A program made the translations under genes and the position numbers. A stretch of DNA of 64,000 nucleotides, taken from Amoebophrya sp. A120. Lineage: Eukaryota > Protista > Dinoflagellata. A model generated the notes under the pieces. That model did no database searches, was not told the origin of the DNA, and saw only the letters and a list, made by a program, of their open reading frames with translations. Positions 1 to 11,157 of the stretch are shown in pieces. The stretch covers positions 12,573,136 through 12,637,135 of the forward strand of contig CAJINV010000001.1 of NCBI GenBank assembly GCA_905178155.1. Reading direction: 5' to 3'. Position 1 is the stretch's first letter; each line of letters opens with the position of its first letter.

Positions 1-1955
1 TGGTTTCTATGTCCGTGGAGCGGAAGTTTGGAGCAAATTCTGACGATGTGGAGGCCGGGTTGATGAAGTATGAATACTTGATGAACTCTGAGCAGGGCGG
101 AGGACAATTCGCGGAACTCACACAGCAGCTGCAGGGTATGAGACTTTACTTTTACTACTTGCAGCTTTAGATAGTATTATTTTTCGTAGGATGATAGATG
201 AGATGCATCGACATTTATTTTGATCGAGAAGACGACGGGCTTCTTGCAACAGAAGCCGAGAAAAGCAATGAATCACCCCACTTATCTTGATCGATCATTT
301 TCCTATCAGGTTACATGTCTGTGCTGATTTCCCACGCAAGGCCACGGCTTACTGCGGAGAATTTCCGAGGGCTGCTGGCCGAGCTGGCCAGACAAAACAA
401 GAAAATGAAATCAAACATGTCCGAGATGTATGCCGCGTGGAGCGTATCCTGTGCAAAAACATCTCCACCCCAGAGTTGTCATTCAGATCTGCAAGCACAA
501 GAGCATTTGTAATGCGCATCCCCATGAGAGGCATTTCCCATCGTGTTTTGGAACTTGTAATGCTGTGAACAGGATAAGGAGATGGATTTGTTATGCGGCT
601 TCCCTTGAAAAACTGCATTACACTACAGCCTGCAACTTGTCATGCGTGGCTCCCAAAACTTTAACGTTTGTGTTGCAAAATCCCCGTCTTGACTCTGGGG
701 TGGGGACGTTTTTACACATGATAGAGCGGCGGCAAGAAGTCGCTGCTCGATTGCTACCGAACGTTCGAGGGGCTCACACAGGAGATCCACGAGGCCGCGG
801 CGCAATTCGAACAGATAAGCCCGGTGGAGATGCGAGAACACTACGACCTGTACGATTTTTGACATACTATCTAAGTACCATGCTGCTTTTGATCCTTTTT
901 TTTCCATCTTGTTTGATAAGCGGGGATAAATATTGTGCGATAAAAATTCATCGCAGGGTACAGACTCGCACTAGGAAGATTGGAAAATTCTTAGGTATAA
1001 GGATGCCTACCCGGACATGTCAAAACTGTGGGAGCAGTCCGAACAAGAGCTGCAAACGATGATGACCATGGCCGCAGTTCAGGGCTCCTGGGGCCCAGGC
1101 GGGATGCCGCAGATGCCGCCGGCCGCGATGGCCAAGCCGGGGTCCTCGCAGCGGTCGCTGAAGGTCTGTAAAATGAAAGCAGCGGACGTCATCAACATGC
1201 AGGAGATGATGGTCTCAGAGCTCCAGAAACTCATTCAAGCGGTATAGTTGTTTTCAGCGTCAGAGATGTCAGAGTCCACTTGGAAGGAAAGTGTTAGAAA
1301 AGGAGCAGGCTGCTAGAGTTTTAGCTACCATCATGTAGAAGATGCAAAAAATCGGCGCAGATGAAAAACAAAAAGACGCAAACAGATTTTTGGACCATCA
1401 TGAAACAAATCTCGACAACATCTCCACTTCACAGCTTTCCCAGACCCTGCGCGACTGCGCTGGCGTGGTACAGTTCAAGGACCAGCTTTTGGTGGGTTTG
1501 GTGCAGTATCAAATGCAAAAATGTCTGGGTCTGGAACAGTCATGCTGTTTCTGCATGACACAGAAGGTCTGGCATGGAAGCTCTAGCATCACAGGTTTCG
1601 AGAAGCGTTCGCAATGCCGAAGCCGCATGACAAATCCCTGATTTTGGTGACAGAAAGTGGGCAACTTTTGCTGCCTATGCATGAGAGACTTTTCTGTGTT
1701 CTGAAATGCGCATCACAAGTTTGTATTCTTCCAGACCCAGACACTTTTGCATTTGATATGCAGGGAATGGCGTCCACTTCCGTGGACAAGAAGTTCCAGG
1801 TGTCGGCGGACGAAATGGCACTGGCGGGTTTCATCCACGCGGCGCAGCTCGGGCAGAGTGAGCGCTTCATGCAGAGCACCATGCAGCAGCAGCAACTGTT
1901 GATGAGTATTCCGGTGCTGATGGAAAACCCCGAACAGGGATGCAGCCTGATGTGA
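1..1955 (+). CDS. Hypothetical protein, 5'-partial, multi-exon, interrupted by two introners
   Basis: Exons join through GT-AG introns (~136-309, ~850-995, 1242-1434) and through removal of 445-728 (YAAWS|GGKKSLLD) and 1507-1763 (LVGLVQ|GMASTSV); ends ...GCSLM* at 1955. No family recognised. Confidence 0.65.
445..723. mobile_element. Introner/MITE family B (TIR TATCCTG.GCAAAAAC...), 279 bp
   Basis: Imperfect ~30-bp TIRs; direct repeat GAGCG at 440-444 and 724-728; homologous to 42586-42864 (opposite orientation) and 49240-49519. Confidence 0.9.
1507..1758. mobile_element. Introner/MITE family A (TIR TATCAAATGCAAAAATGTCTGGGTCTGGAA), 252 bp
   Basis: 30-bp TIRs; direct repeat TGCAG at 1502-1506 and 1759-1763; removal restores frame. 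Confidence 0.92.
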
Positions 1956-2624
1956 AGACGATCCGCGATCATGGAGGATAGATTGAGAAATCGTCTGGTG
2001 CTAATGAAATGGAAGAACTTCTTGTTCAGAAATGCATGACGTCGTTATAGTACATTACCACAGGAGGGCGTCGACATGTATCATGCGAACAAAGCGAACT
2101 TTTTTTTCTGTGGTCACGAGGGGTCGCTCTTCTACTCGTATCAACAGCGACCAATCAGATCATCCTATCAAGATTGCCTGCCTACCCGACAAGAACCCCA
2201 AAATGAGTACTTCGCTACAACATTTCGACCCGCTCTTGTGTACTAGTTGACTAATCAGCAGCTGGCAGCACAGGCAATACTTCAATGTCCCCCCATCTCT
2301 GACGGAAAATAAACGTACGAATCTTCGACACAACGACAAAAAATCAACGAAAAAAAGCGACAAAACACAAAGAAGAGAAACATGCGACAAGTAAACCAAT
2401 TTTACCATACCGCGCACCGGAAAAATCATTCCAGCGTTACAACGCAGCCCTGATCTACTTGGATGTCCCCGCTCTCTGCGTTCGGTTTTGGCTTTGGGGA
2501 TGAAAAAATGGTGATCAAAATTTGCCAGTGCTGAGAGATTTTGTCGTTTTAGGCCTTGTTACATTCGTGGTGGCAGCTTCGTTTTATAAATACGATCGTT
2601 GCAAAATTTTTGTTCGCTCTTTGA

Positions 2625-5600
2625 ATGCAATCTTCTCCTTGTCTGTGTGTGTGTAGCGTGCGGCGGTGCGTGCAGCCGCACAACTACTTACCGCCCCGTC
2701 GAAGTACAATAATTGCCTTAGTAAGTCGTGTCGTTGCTCCTCTTTCATCAGCACGCTCCCTTGCGGCCTTCAAGATTTCGTGGTGGGACACGGTTTTGGG
2801 GCGTGGGCAAGACGCGCAGCGCATACCCTTGGTAGAACACATTGGCCAGCAGGAGCTGGCGCATACTAGTGCTGGAAGCCGGGAACAAATACAAAACCAG
2901 GGTCTGAACCCACCACCACCAGCTCACCACTCAAGTAGGGACCCTTCCAGCCGCCTCGTAGTTGGTGGTCGGCAGCTGTTGCGCACGAGCCCGCAAGACG
3001 ACGACGACTTTTATCAGGAGTTTCCAGAGGACGAGGGGGAAGAGGTCGAAATCCAAGAAGATACAATCCATTCGCAGGGACATCAAAAGTACCTTCCCAA
3101 TTCAGCCGGCGCTTCTATCAGCACGAGCCAATACACGGTAAAATACAACCGCATGGCGACCACTGCAGGCGCGACTAGCAACGCGGCGCAATCCCGGCGA
3201 CAGCCGGACGTGATTCTAGATCAGAAAGCCTTTGACGAGCATGTCGGTCGCACAGGTACAACTTCTCGCGCAGCCGGGCCCCCGGCCTCGCGGTACAACT
3301 CACCCCTGTCTCCGCGCGCCCGACGGCGGCAGAATTACATCGGGTTCTCCATTCTCGCCGCCGCGTATTGTTTTATCTACCCGGGGCTCTTCTGGCCGAC
3401 CTGCCACGTGCACACCGGGTTGTTTTCCACGGAAACCGAGATGACACGGTCCACGGTGGAGTTGGTGAAATTTTTGTGGCAGCAGGGACCGGCCTACTAC
3501 CCACCGGCGTTTTTGCTCTCGCTGTTTTCCGTGTCATTGCCTTTCATCAAGGGGTATCAACTGCAAAAATGTCTGGGTCTGGAAGATTGCCAGGTTTGTC
3601 ATGCGTATGTTGAATGACCCAGGATGTCTGTGATGCATGCCCTAGCATCACAGATTTTTAGAGGAATTTGTGATGCCTCTACCGCATGAGAAATGCCCTC
3701 TCCGCGTAGCACAAAGTGGAGTCCTCTTGCTGGTCATGCAATACAAATTTTTTTAGAATCCAGAAACAGCATTACAAGTTTAGAATCTTCCAGACCCAGC
3801 AGACATTTTTGCATTTGATAAGGGGGCCATGATTTGCTGGGGCGCCTACCACGAAAACGGAAAGCTACTGTGGTTCGTCGCACGGTTGTCCAAGTTTCAG
3901 TTTGTCGACACCTTCAGCACTCTGTTGAGCTACGTCTACCTGAACTTGCCCGTTATCACGACAGAGTTGCTGGTAGGAAAGAATGAGGATTTTTTGCTAG
4001 TAGTGCTTTTTTTTTTGGATTTTCTACATTCCACGTGTTGAATCAATGAGATGCACCCAATTTTTTCGTAGCGATAAAGCAAACTTCATCAAACCTAAAA
4101 CTCCACAGAGCGGCGTCTACTACTTCGCCGGCTACTGCATTCTTTCCGTGATCGGAACCCAAGTGATCTGCTACGGCTACGACACGGGCCGGGAAAAGTC
4201 CGTGCAGAGCATCTGGCTTCCGGTGGCCGTCATCCAGGTGACCGCCCTGGTCGTTCTGTACACGTGGAGCCCGATTCTGGGCGTCTACGCCGTGATTTTT
4301 GGCTCGGTCCGGTTGACAGGGAAGCGGGCGACGCTGTGCGAAATTTTGATTGAGTTGAACCCGATCTGCCGGTGGTTCATGATAACGACCATCTGCGTCC
4401 TGCCCATGGTGACCTACGTCTTGCTCCCGATTTTGATCCGTTTCTTTTCCTACGAGAACGGATTCCGGAAACTGCCCTCAAAGAACTGGTACTTTAAACT
4501 CATGGACTTCTGCCACGACTGGGCCATGGGGGACGTGTTGCTGATTGCGTACTTGGTGGCCTGGATGTCCTTCAACGCGTCCGACGAGACGGGAACGCAG
4601 GCCTTGCCCGCGGGCAGCTACTGCGTAGTTTTGTACGGGCTGACGGGGCTTATCATGATGTTTGTGTACGAATACAACGGAAAGATGATTTCCGCCCGGG
4701 AGCGCCGGTTGTCGCAGCAGTACAACCACGGCGAGCAAAACACCGTTCTGGGCGTGCACATCGACGACAGAAGCACGACCGCAAGTTCCACTGCCTCGCC
4801 GTCGGTATTCATTTTTGGGTCGGTCTGATGTGTGCTTGTGGTTTTTGATAGACAAGAATAATTTTTCCTTCAACAGGTCGACCGTTTATTTTTCCAAAAC
4901 TTTGTGAAACTGACTCACAGGATCTGATCTCTCCGCGAGATGACAGCATCGCCAGCACCCCCGCGAGCGAGCGACCGCCGGAGCGGGAGCAGTCGGCTCT
5001 GATGAGCGTGTTGAACCCGCAGACCAATTTTGGCATCCACATGCGGTACTTGGTGCTGCTGATTTTCTTCCTCGCCGTTCCGGTCGTGGTGCTCGGCATA
5101 CTAGAAGAGACGGAGAAGCCGCAGGTGCCGGACCTCCCCTGGGTGAACGACGCGATCGCCAAGAGCCCGCTGTTCTCCACCGCAAACAAAATGTTTGCCA
5201 ACCGCTCGCTGTTGTCTTCCATCGCGTGCTGTGACGACACGAGCGACCTGTGCAACGGGAAAAACGCCCCACCGAGTCCCTGTCAGCCGTTGGACGCGAA
5301 GCACCCGTCGCTGCCACTCACGAGCCTGGACAAGGACCACGTCCGGGCCACGGCGCGGTGGATCACGGGGCTGGAGAACATTCGGCTCGATGCACTGAAA
5401 CTCATCCCGTACCAAGAGGCGCCCCCCGTAAACGGAGGGAGCAACGCCCAGGCAAGGTTCAAACTCAAGGTAAGTTGATAGCTACGTCGGTTTTTTTTCT
5501 ATTCTTGGCCGCGCTTAGGCTTAGGCTTACGTGCTTCGCTTAAGTGCTTCGCTTAAGTGCTTCCCTTAAGTGCTTCGCTTAAGTGCTTCGCTTAAGTAGT

Positions 5601-7741
5601 GCTTCGCTTAAGTAGTGCTTCGCTTAAGTAGTGCTTCGCTTAAGTAGTGCTTCGCTTAAGTAGTGCTTCGCCTAAGTTGTGCCGCGGTTAAGTAGTGCCT
5701 CGGTTAAGTAGTGCCTCGCTTAACTAAGTAGTGCCTCGCTTAAGTGGTGTCCTCGCTTCAGTGGTGCCTCGCTTAAGTAGTGCCTCGCTTAAGTGTTGTC
5801 TCGCTTAAGTTGTAGCGCCGCACTTATGTAGTGCTGCGCCCTTAAATAGTTCCTGCTCCTGGCGCCGCTAAAGTAGTGCCTCGCGCTAAAGTAGTGCCTT
5901 GCGTTTAAAGTAGTATGTGTTCCGGCATGAACACTGTGCCTCGCGCTAAAGTAGCGCTCTTGAATCATGCCTCTACACAAAATCCCAGCTCTATCGATAT
6001 GAAAAATCCCCCCTCCCCATACCGAAAGGGAGATTTGTGTAGCATGATTTGTGACCACAAATCACGTTGTCATGCTAGAAGGGAAGAGATGCGGATTGTA
6101 GTGCTGGCTGGCGTAGGAAAGCCTTGCGCCTTTAGCATGACAGAAAGCAACTGGAAACGGAAAACAGCATGACAAATTGCCTGCAAACGAGGGAGCAGCT
6201 GCGTCTCTTGGCCTTCTAGCAATACAATTCGATTTGCGTACTCGCTGCTTTCGGTGGCTGGTGGCCGCTCTTGAGTTTCAGGTGTGGGTCGGAGTTCGTT
6301 TGCCTCTCGTCAGTTTGGACGGAGTGCTCTCGTTCAGCCACCCCCCGGCGGTCGACTGTCGGCTATCTGGCTCCCCCAGCTCATGATTGCAGTGTTGGCT
6401 GGTGATGTCGAGGTTGCGGACAGTTGACTTGTCATCTGTCTGGTTCGCTCATTTTGCTGCCACGACTGTTTGGTCCCCGGTCCCCTGAGGCGGGGGGATA
6501 CGGGTTACCTGGTCGGGATGTCGCGCGGAAGGTGTCTCTCACGTCCCTAGCTCTTCGTACTCGCCGCTGAGTACAGTCGAGCACCTTGGTTGATCGCCAC
6601 ACTGTTTCATAGTGCTGAAACGACCCGGCTTTCACTAGGGGGAGCATTCGTACATTTTGTGCCCTCCGGGACTATGCCTCTGCTTCCGTCTAAACTGAGG
6701 GGTCCACTTATCCCTATCGGTATTCGGTCGCAGGGAAGGGTTGCCGGGGTCTTCCTCGCATCGGTTCTCGATGTCGGGTGTGAGTTTGTGACTGCGGGGG
6801 CAGTGGTTGGCTTAGGTTTGTGGAGTACTTCTGAAAAGAGGCTCCCATTCCTTCTTCCAGGCAGCGATCCTAGATCGCTGCCACGCGGAGCCACCCCCGT
6901 ATTTCACCCCCAGGGGGTTGTGGACCTGGCAAAACCGATGAGTTCGGGCTGCTGACTGTTCCACCTCCCCTAAGTGTGATCATTGCCGCCTCACGCCTCA
7001 AATACAGCAACACAAATTTCGTTTTGGATATGGGGAAGGGGGATTTTTCCTTACAATAAGCTCGACGCACATCTGCACAAGCCTGATCCGAACTCCGACA
7101 TCACTTTGCCCCTGAGTCTGATTGTGCAAACGACCGCGGTCGCGCCGATTACCTGGTTCGACAACACGAATGCGTGCTGCCAGCCGGAGAACTTGTCCGT
7201 CGAACTCATTGCCGAGTGCCACAGTGAGTTCCCCTTTATCCGGAACGTGAGCACGGGAAACGTGACCATCACGCCCGACATTGTGATATCGGAGTCGATC
7301 TTGGGGTTTCACCTGAGCATCTACGACATTACGGAGATCATCAAAAAGCAGATTCGGGACAATCTAAACCAGCTGGTGCAGAATGAAACCTTCCCGATTG
7401 GCCCGACCAATTACACGGTTGCGAGCCTGATCAACACGATCATTGAGTCCAATATGATGCCGGGGGACAAACTCAACTGTCCCACCGCGGGATCAGTATC
7501 CACTGACGTAGAGGGAGGGAGTAAACGAAACACCGGACGAGCGGAAATAGTAGGTGAATTTTCATCGCGGAGTGCTGTCGTGTCAACAAATACAACAAAT
7601 TCACAAGATTTTTCCCGGACCTTGCACATAGAAAAGCCCTACCAACTGATTCAACGCGGGAGCAATAGGTGGAGAAATCGTGGGTACTACTACGGCACCT
7701 TGAATGATGAAAGTAACGGCGATGAAATGATCTACATATAG
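2625..7741 (+). CDS. PqiA (paraquat-inducible protein A)-like multipass membrane protein with Cys-containing C-terminal domain; multi-exon
   Basis: Two PqiA-like motifs (RLSKFQFVDTF and FCHDWAMGDVLLIAYLVA, cf. GKWSMLDVFVVALLV), each followed by GVYYF/GSYC. Exons ~2625-3554, 3826-3972, 4109-4804, 4921-5469, 7061-7741 join in frame. Start codon uncertain. Confidence 0.7.
3555..3820. mobile_element. Introner/MITE family A, 266 bp
   Basis: Family A TIRs; direct repeat AGGGG at 3550-3554 and 3821-3825; join FIKG|AMICW is in frame. Confidence 0.92.
5510..5955. repeat. Intronic minisatellite, 13-16 bp unit (CTTCGCTTAAGT[AGT]G), degenerating towards 3'
   Basis: Directly visible tandem units inside the GT intron starting at 5470. 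Confidence 0.9.
5992..7058. mobile_element. Introner/MITE family D carrying a ~750-bp nested insertion
   Basis: TIR TAT...GAAAAATCCCCC.TCCCCATA; direct repeat AGCTC at 5987-5991 and 7059-7063; colinear with 12537-12857 apart from the insert at 6244-6996. Confidence 0.88.
6244..6996. mobile_element. Unclassified insertion nested in the family D introner
   Basis: Absent from the sister copy 12537-12857; CTC duplicated at 6241-6243 and 6997-6999. Confidence 0.65.
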
Positions 7742-8269
7742 TAGTTTCTACTGCATGTCGGGTCACAGGACCAAAAACACACTTGTAAAAAAAAACTGTG
7801 TACAAAAGCGGCTGTTGTCGCATTGTTGAAAAAAATAAACGAATGTGAAAAATCATGGCAAAGCATCGCAGTGCGATCATTTGTCATGAGAAAATAGAAA
7901 CATGTCTTGCTTACGCTCACACTAATATCGCACTGAAGTACGGTCCTCCTGTACCTCAATCGAGGGTTCGTCTGACGCTGTCTTTCTCTCTTGCCAAACG
8001 ATCACCGCTCGACATTCGCACTTCTTCGCTCTTGTGTTTTGGTTGTATGTGTCGCATCGCAAACAGTTCGGGAGTGGTCGTGGAGTCACTGCTATCGTTC
8101 GTCTTTCTCGTTTTTGCGACGCACCACGTGGCGGTTGTCGTCTTTCGATCGTCAAAGAAGAAGCAGTAGCTTTCTTTGCAGCGGGAGTCTTCGTCCAGGA
8201 TGCACAAGAACAAATAGAGAGGATAAGTAAATAAATCCGCAGACGCACCCTTTAGTAAAGAAAACAAAG

Positions 8270-9764
8270 ATGGGCTACCTTCGGCAACTTTTGGAGCAGC
8301 AGGGAAGCGGCACTTCTCTATTTGGTGCGACAGAAGGGGAGCATGTACAAGTACATCAGCGTGCGAGCACCCGGCAGGACGCCACATCAAGGAGTACTAG
8401 CAGTAGTGCAGTTTATTTCCCGCCTGATTCAACCGCAGCGACGCAAAGGTTGCAGCGTCGAAAAATCACAACGACTTTCTTGGCTGGCGACCCTGCGCAC
8501 TGCACGCGGGACTACGACCACCACTGTCCGGAGGGGTGGTTTGACACTGACGGTCGCGGGAACTGCTGGCCTCCGCACAGCTATCAAGGTCCCTGCCAGA
8601 ACCTTTTCGTAGGTTCCAACTCCAGCGTGAGTGAGAAGGAAACGCACAGTCATCGGTGCCGGGTCAAGTGGCCCTGTGTCCCGGGGTCGGTACCGAAAAA
8701 TGACGCGAAGGGGCTGCCGAAAGTGCAGCGCGCGGAGGACTTCGGGCACATTTGCCCCGACGGGTGGGTGCTGATGAAGAAGGGATCGGCGGAGAGGCCC
8801 TCGTACGTGTGCAAAGCGCCGGAGACCTATGCCGGTCCGTGCTTCCCCGTGCAGAATCTGAAGGATCTGACCCCCAGCGAACGGAAGGTCTGGGGGCGGC
8901 TCTGTCACGAACGGTGGCCTGAGGTGCCGAAACCGCAGGTCTGCCCCGGCGGCGAGGATTGGGACTACCCTTGTCCGCGGGGTTGGGACTGGATCCAGAA
9001 AGACAACACCTGTATCGCGCCCCCAGGCTGGCTATGGATTGCAAATAATATATCGAGGTCACAGCTGGAAGATTGCGAGTTTTGTCGTGCCTGTCCGCCT
9101 CTCATACAGAAATGCACTTCGTCATGTTGAGTTTTTAACACTACGTGCATATAAAGCAGCTGTTGAAAAAGAATAACCCTCCATGATGCTCGGCTTGGTA
9201 GCACTATGCATTGCACGCATCTTTTTTCGAACCCTTTTTTCACATGCGTGAGTCATAACTACTTTCCAGAGGGCCCAGACAAATGTTTGCATTCGATACT
9301 TGCGGTCGCCCGTCGAGGATCCGAACCTCTGTTCCTCCGCGGTGCCGGCATTTACGAACAAGGACCTGAAGCGCATCTTCGTGGAGACCTGCCAGCTTGA
9401 CGGGTGGAGCTGCCTGCAGCCGGGCGCGTGCCCCGGTGGGAGCTACCACTTCTCCGAAAGCTGTCCGCGGGGCTGGCTGGAGTTCAAGGGGTTTTGCCTC
9501 CCGCCGAAAAACCCCACACTGCTGCGGGAGACGAACGAAGAGTGTCGACACCCCTGGTTCATTTCGGATCTCGGCAACATCGCGAGCTTGACCAAGATGT
9601 TCGGCAAGGAGCGCGTCGGGCGCATCCAGATCCCGGCGACGGTGGTGGACAAGGGCAAGTACCTGTTTTCACAAGTGTGCGGGGCGGTGTGGAGCTGTGA
9701 CAATCCGGAGGACAACAAAACGGCCGAAGAGGGGATCAATAAGCCAGTGATGGCGGAACTGTGA
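8270..9764 (+). CDS. CPW-WPC domain protein (exons 8270-9032, 9304-9764)
   Basis: Repeated C.RDY...CP.GW...C.AP..Y.GPC...C...WPC motifs; join APPGW|RSPVEDP after introner removal. Confidence 0.88.
9033..9298. mobile_element. Diverged family A-like introner, 266 bp
   Basis: TATGGATTGCAAA ... TTTGCATTCGATA ends; direct repeat CTGGC / CTTGC (1 mismatch); removal restores the CPW-WPC frame. Confidence 0.8.
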
Positions 9765-11157
9765 TGAAAACGAAACTTCCGATTTAAATGTTTACATGGC
9801 TGTTTTTTGTAAAATAGGCTAGTGTGATTGTGATACATATTGATTTTGTTTTGGATCATCCGGTGTCCATCATGCCAAGCAATGTAGATACGAAGGTGCG
9901 TGCTGTCGAAAGGGCACGCGATCGGGGGCTGGCTTTGCTTGCTGTATTTGTTTCTCAGTGTTTCAGCGCCATAGAGCAGTCGTAGGAGTTCGTTATTCTG
10001 ACATCGTTCGCCTGAGTTGCTAGAGAGAGTAACATCGCGCGAATCGACTTGCCAGGGAGCGAGAGGACGAGTTGGGGTTGAAATGTTCACGATCGGGGAT
10101 ATGCTTACCACGCTTCGACTTTCGATTTTCGTGGTTTCGGAGAAGAGTATGCGTAGTCGCACGTCGTGTCATCTCTAATCAATGTGATCGGGGCAGGACA
10201 ATTCTACTAGTGTCTGTCAGAAAGGGTAAGAGACCAAGTTCAAGGTTTTTTTTGAGCAGCACAACGAAGACAAAACTAGAAAATCAAACTGCCATTGCTT
10301 GTCGTTACGCCGTTGCAGACGAGAACACTCCTGGTGAAATTTTCCTCCTCTACGCTTCTTCGAGACCCCGAAGATAAAGAAGGGAAGTCGCTGCGAAAAG
10401 GTGAAGCTTTGCGGATTATCGCCATCAAGTTCGCGCAGCAAAAGGCCCATCGCGGTACAACAGCTTCGAAGAACGGAAGGACCAGCTTGCACGTTTTCCG
10501 GTAGCGTGATTCAAGGCAAAGTTGAGGTTGGAAAGCGGCACTTTCAACACAAAAGGACGAGAAACCAGGGCAGCGTGACCCAGAGGAGAAATACACTTCT
10601 GTCCGTCAGCGAGCTTCTTGGCAGCAACATCTACTAGAATTCTGCGTAGCGCTCTCAACAAGCGGCGTCCTGCGAAGTTGCTGGAGCGGGTTCTTGTTTG
10701 AGTAGTCCTTTATTTGGGCGGAGGTGCAGCGAGGCAGTCGGGAACGTTTGAGGAAGGAGGAGGCTAGACAGCCACCTTGCAACTTCCTCGTGTGGCGCAG
10801 TGCGCAGAACAGCAGAGTCGGCGGCATAGCGCACTACGGCGCCGCAAGCTCGGAGCTACTCTCTGACACGACTGCTCTACGTCGAAACTCCGGGAGCTAA
10901 ACAAAGGCTCGGCAGGTTTTAACGCGGCGCTTAATTTCCCTGTGAGAGGCGGCGATTGGTCATCTTCTGAGCTTGCAGATCGTTCCTGCTAGAAGCTTTT
11001 CGTGCTGCTCCACTCGTCGCATCGCGCAATGGAGTAAGGTTGCATCAGTATTCTCGCACTAGCAGCTCAAGAACGTTTTTCGTTTTCCGCCCAGAAGCTA
11101 CTAGCTAGCAGTAACAAGAATCCCGTACCACCTTCGGACGGAGACAGCGCGAGGATC

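Noticed and set aside
6600-6960. Possible hammerhead ribozyme in the nested insert
   Set aside because: No CUGANGA core with correctly placed GAAA and stems found by eye.
10072-10827. Short ORFs between CPW-WPC and SF-assemblin
   Set aside because: No motifs, weak coding bias and no convincing exon structure.
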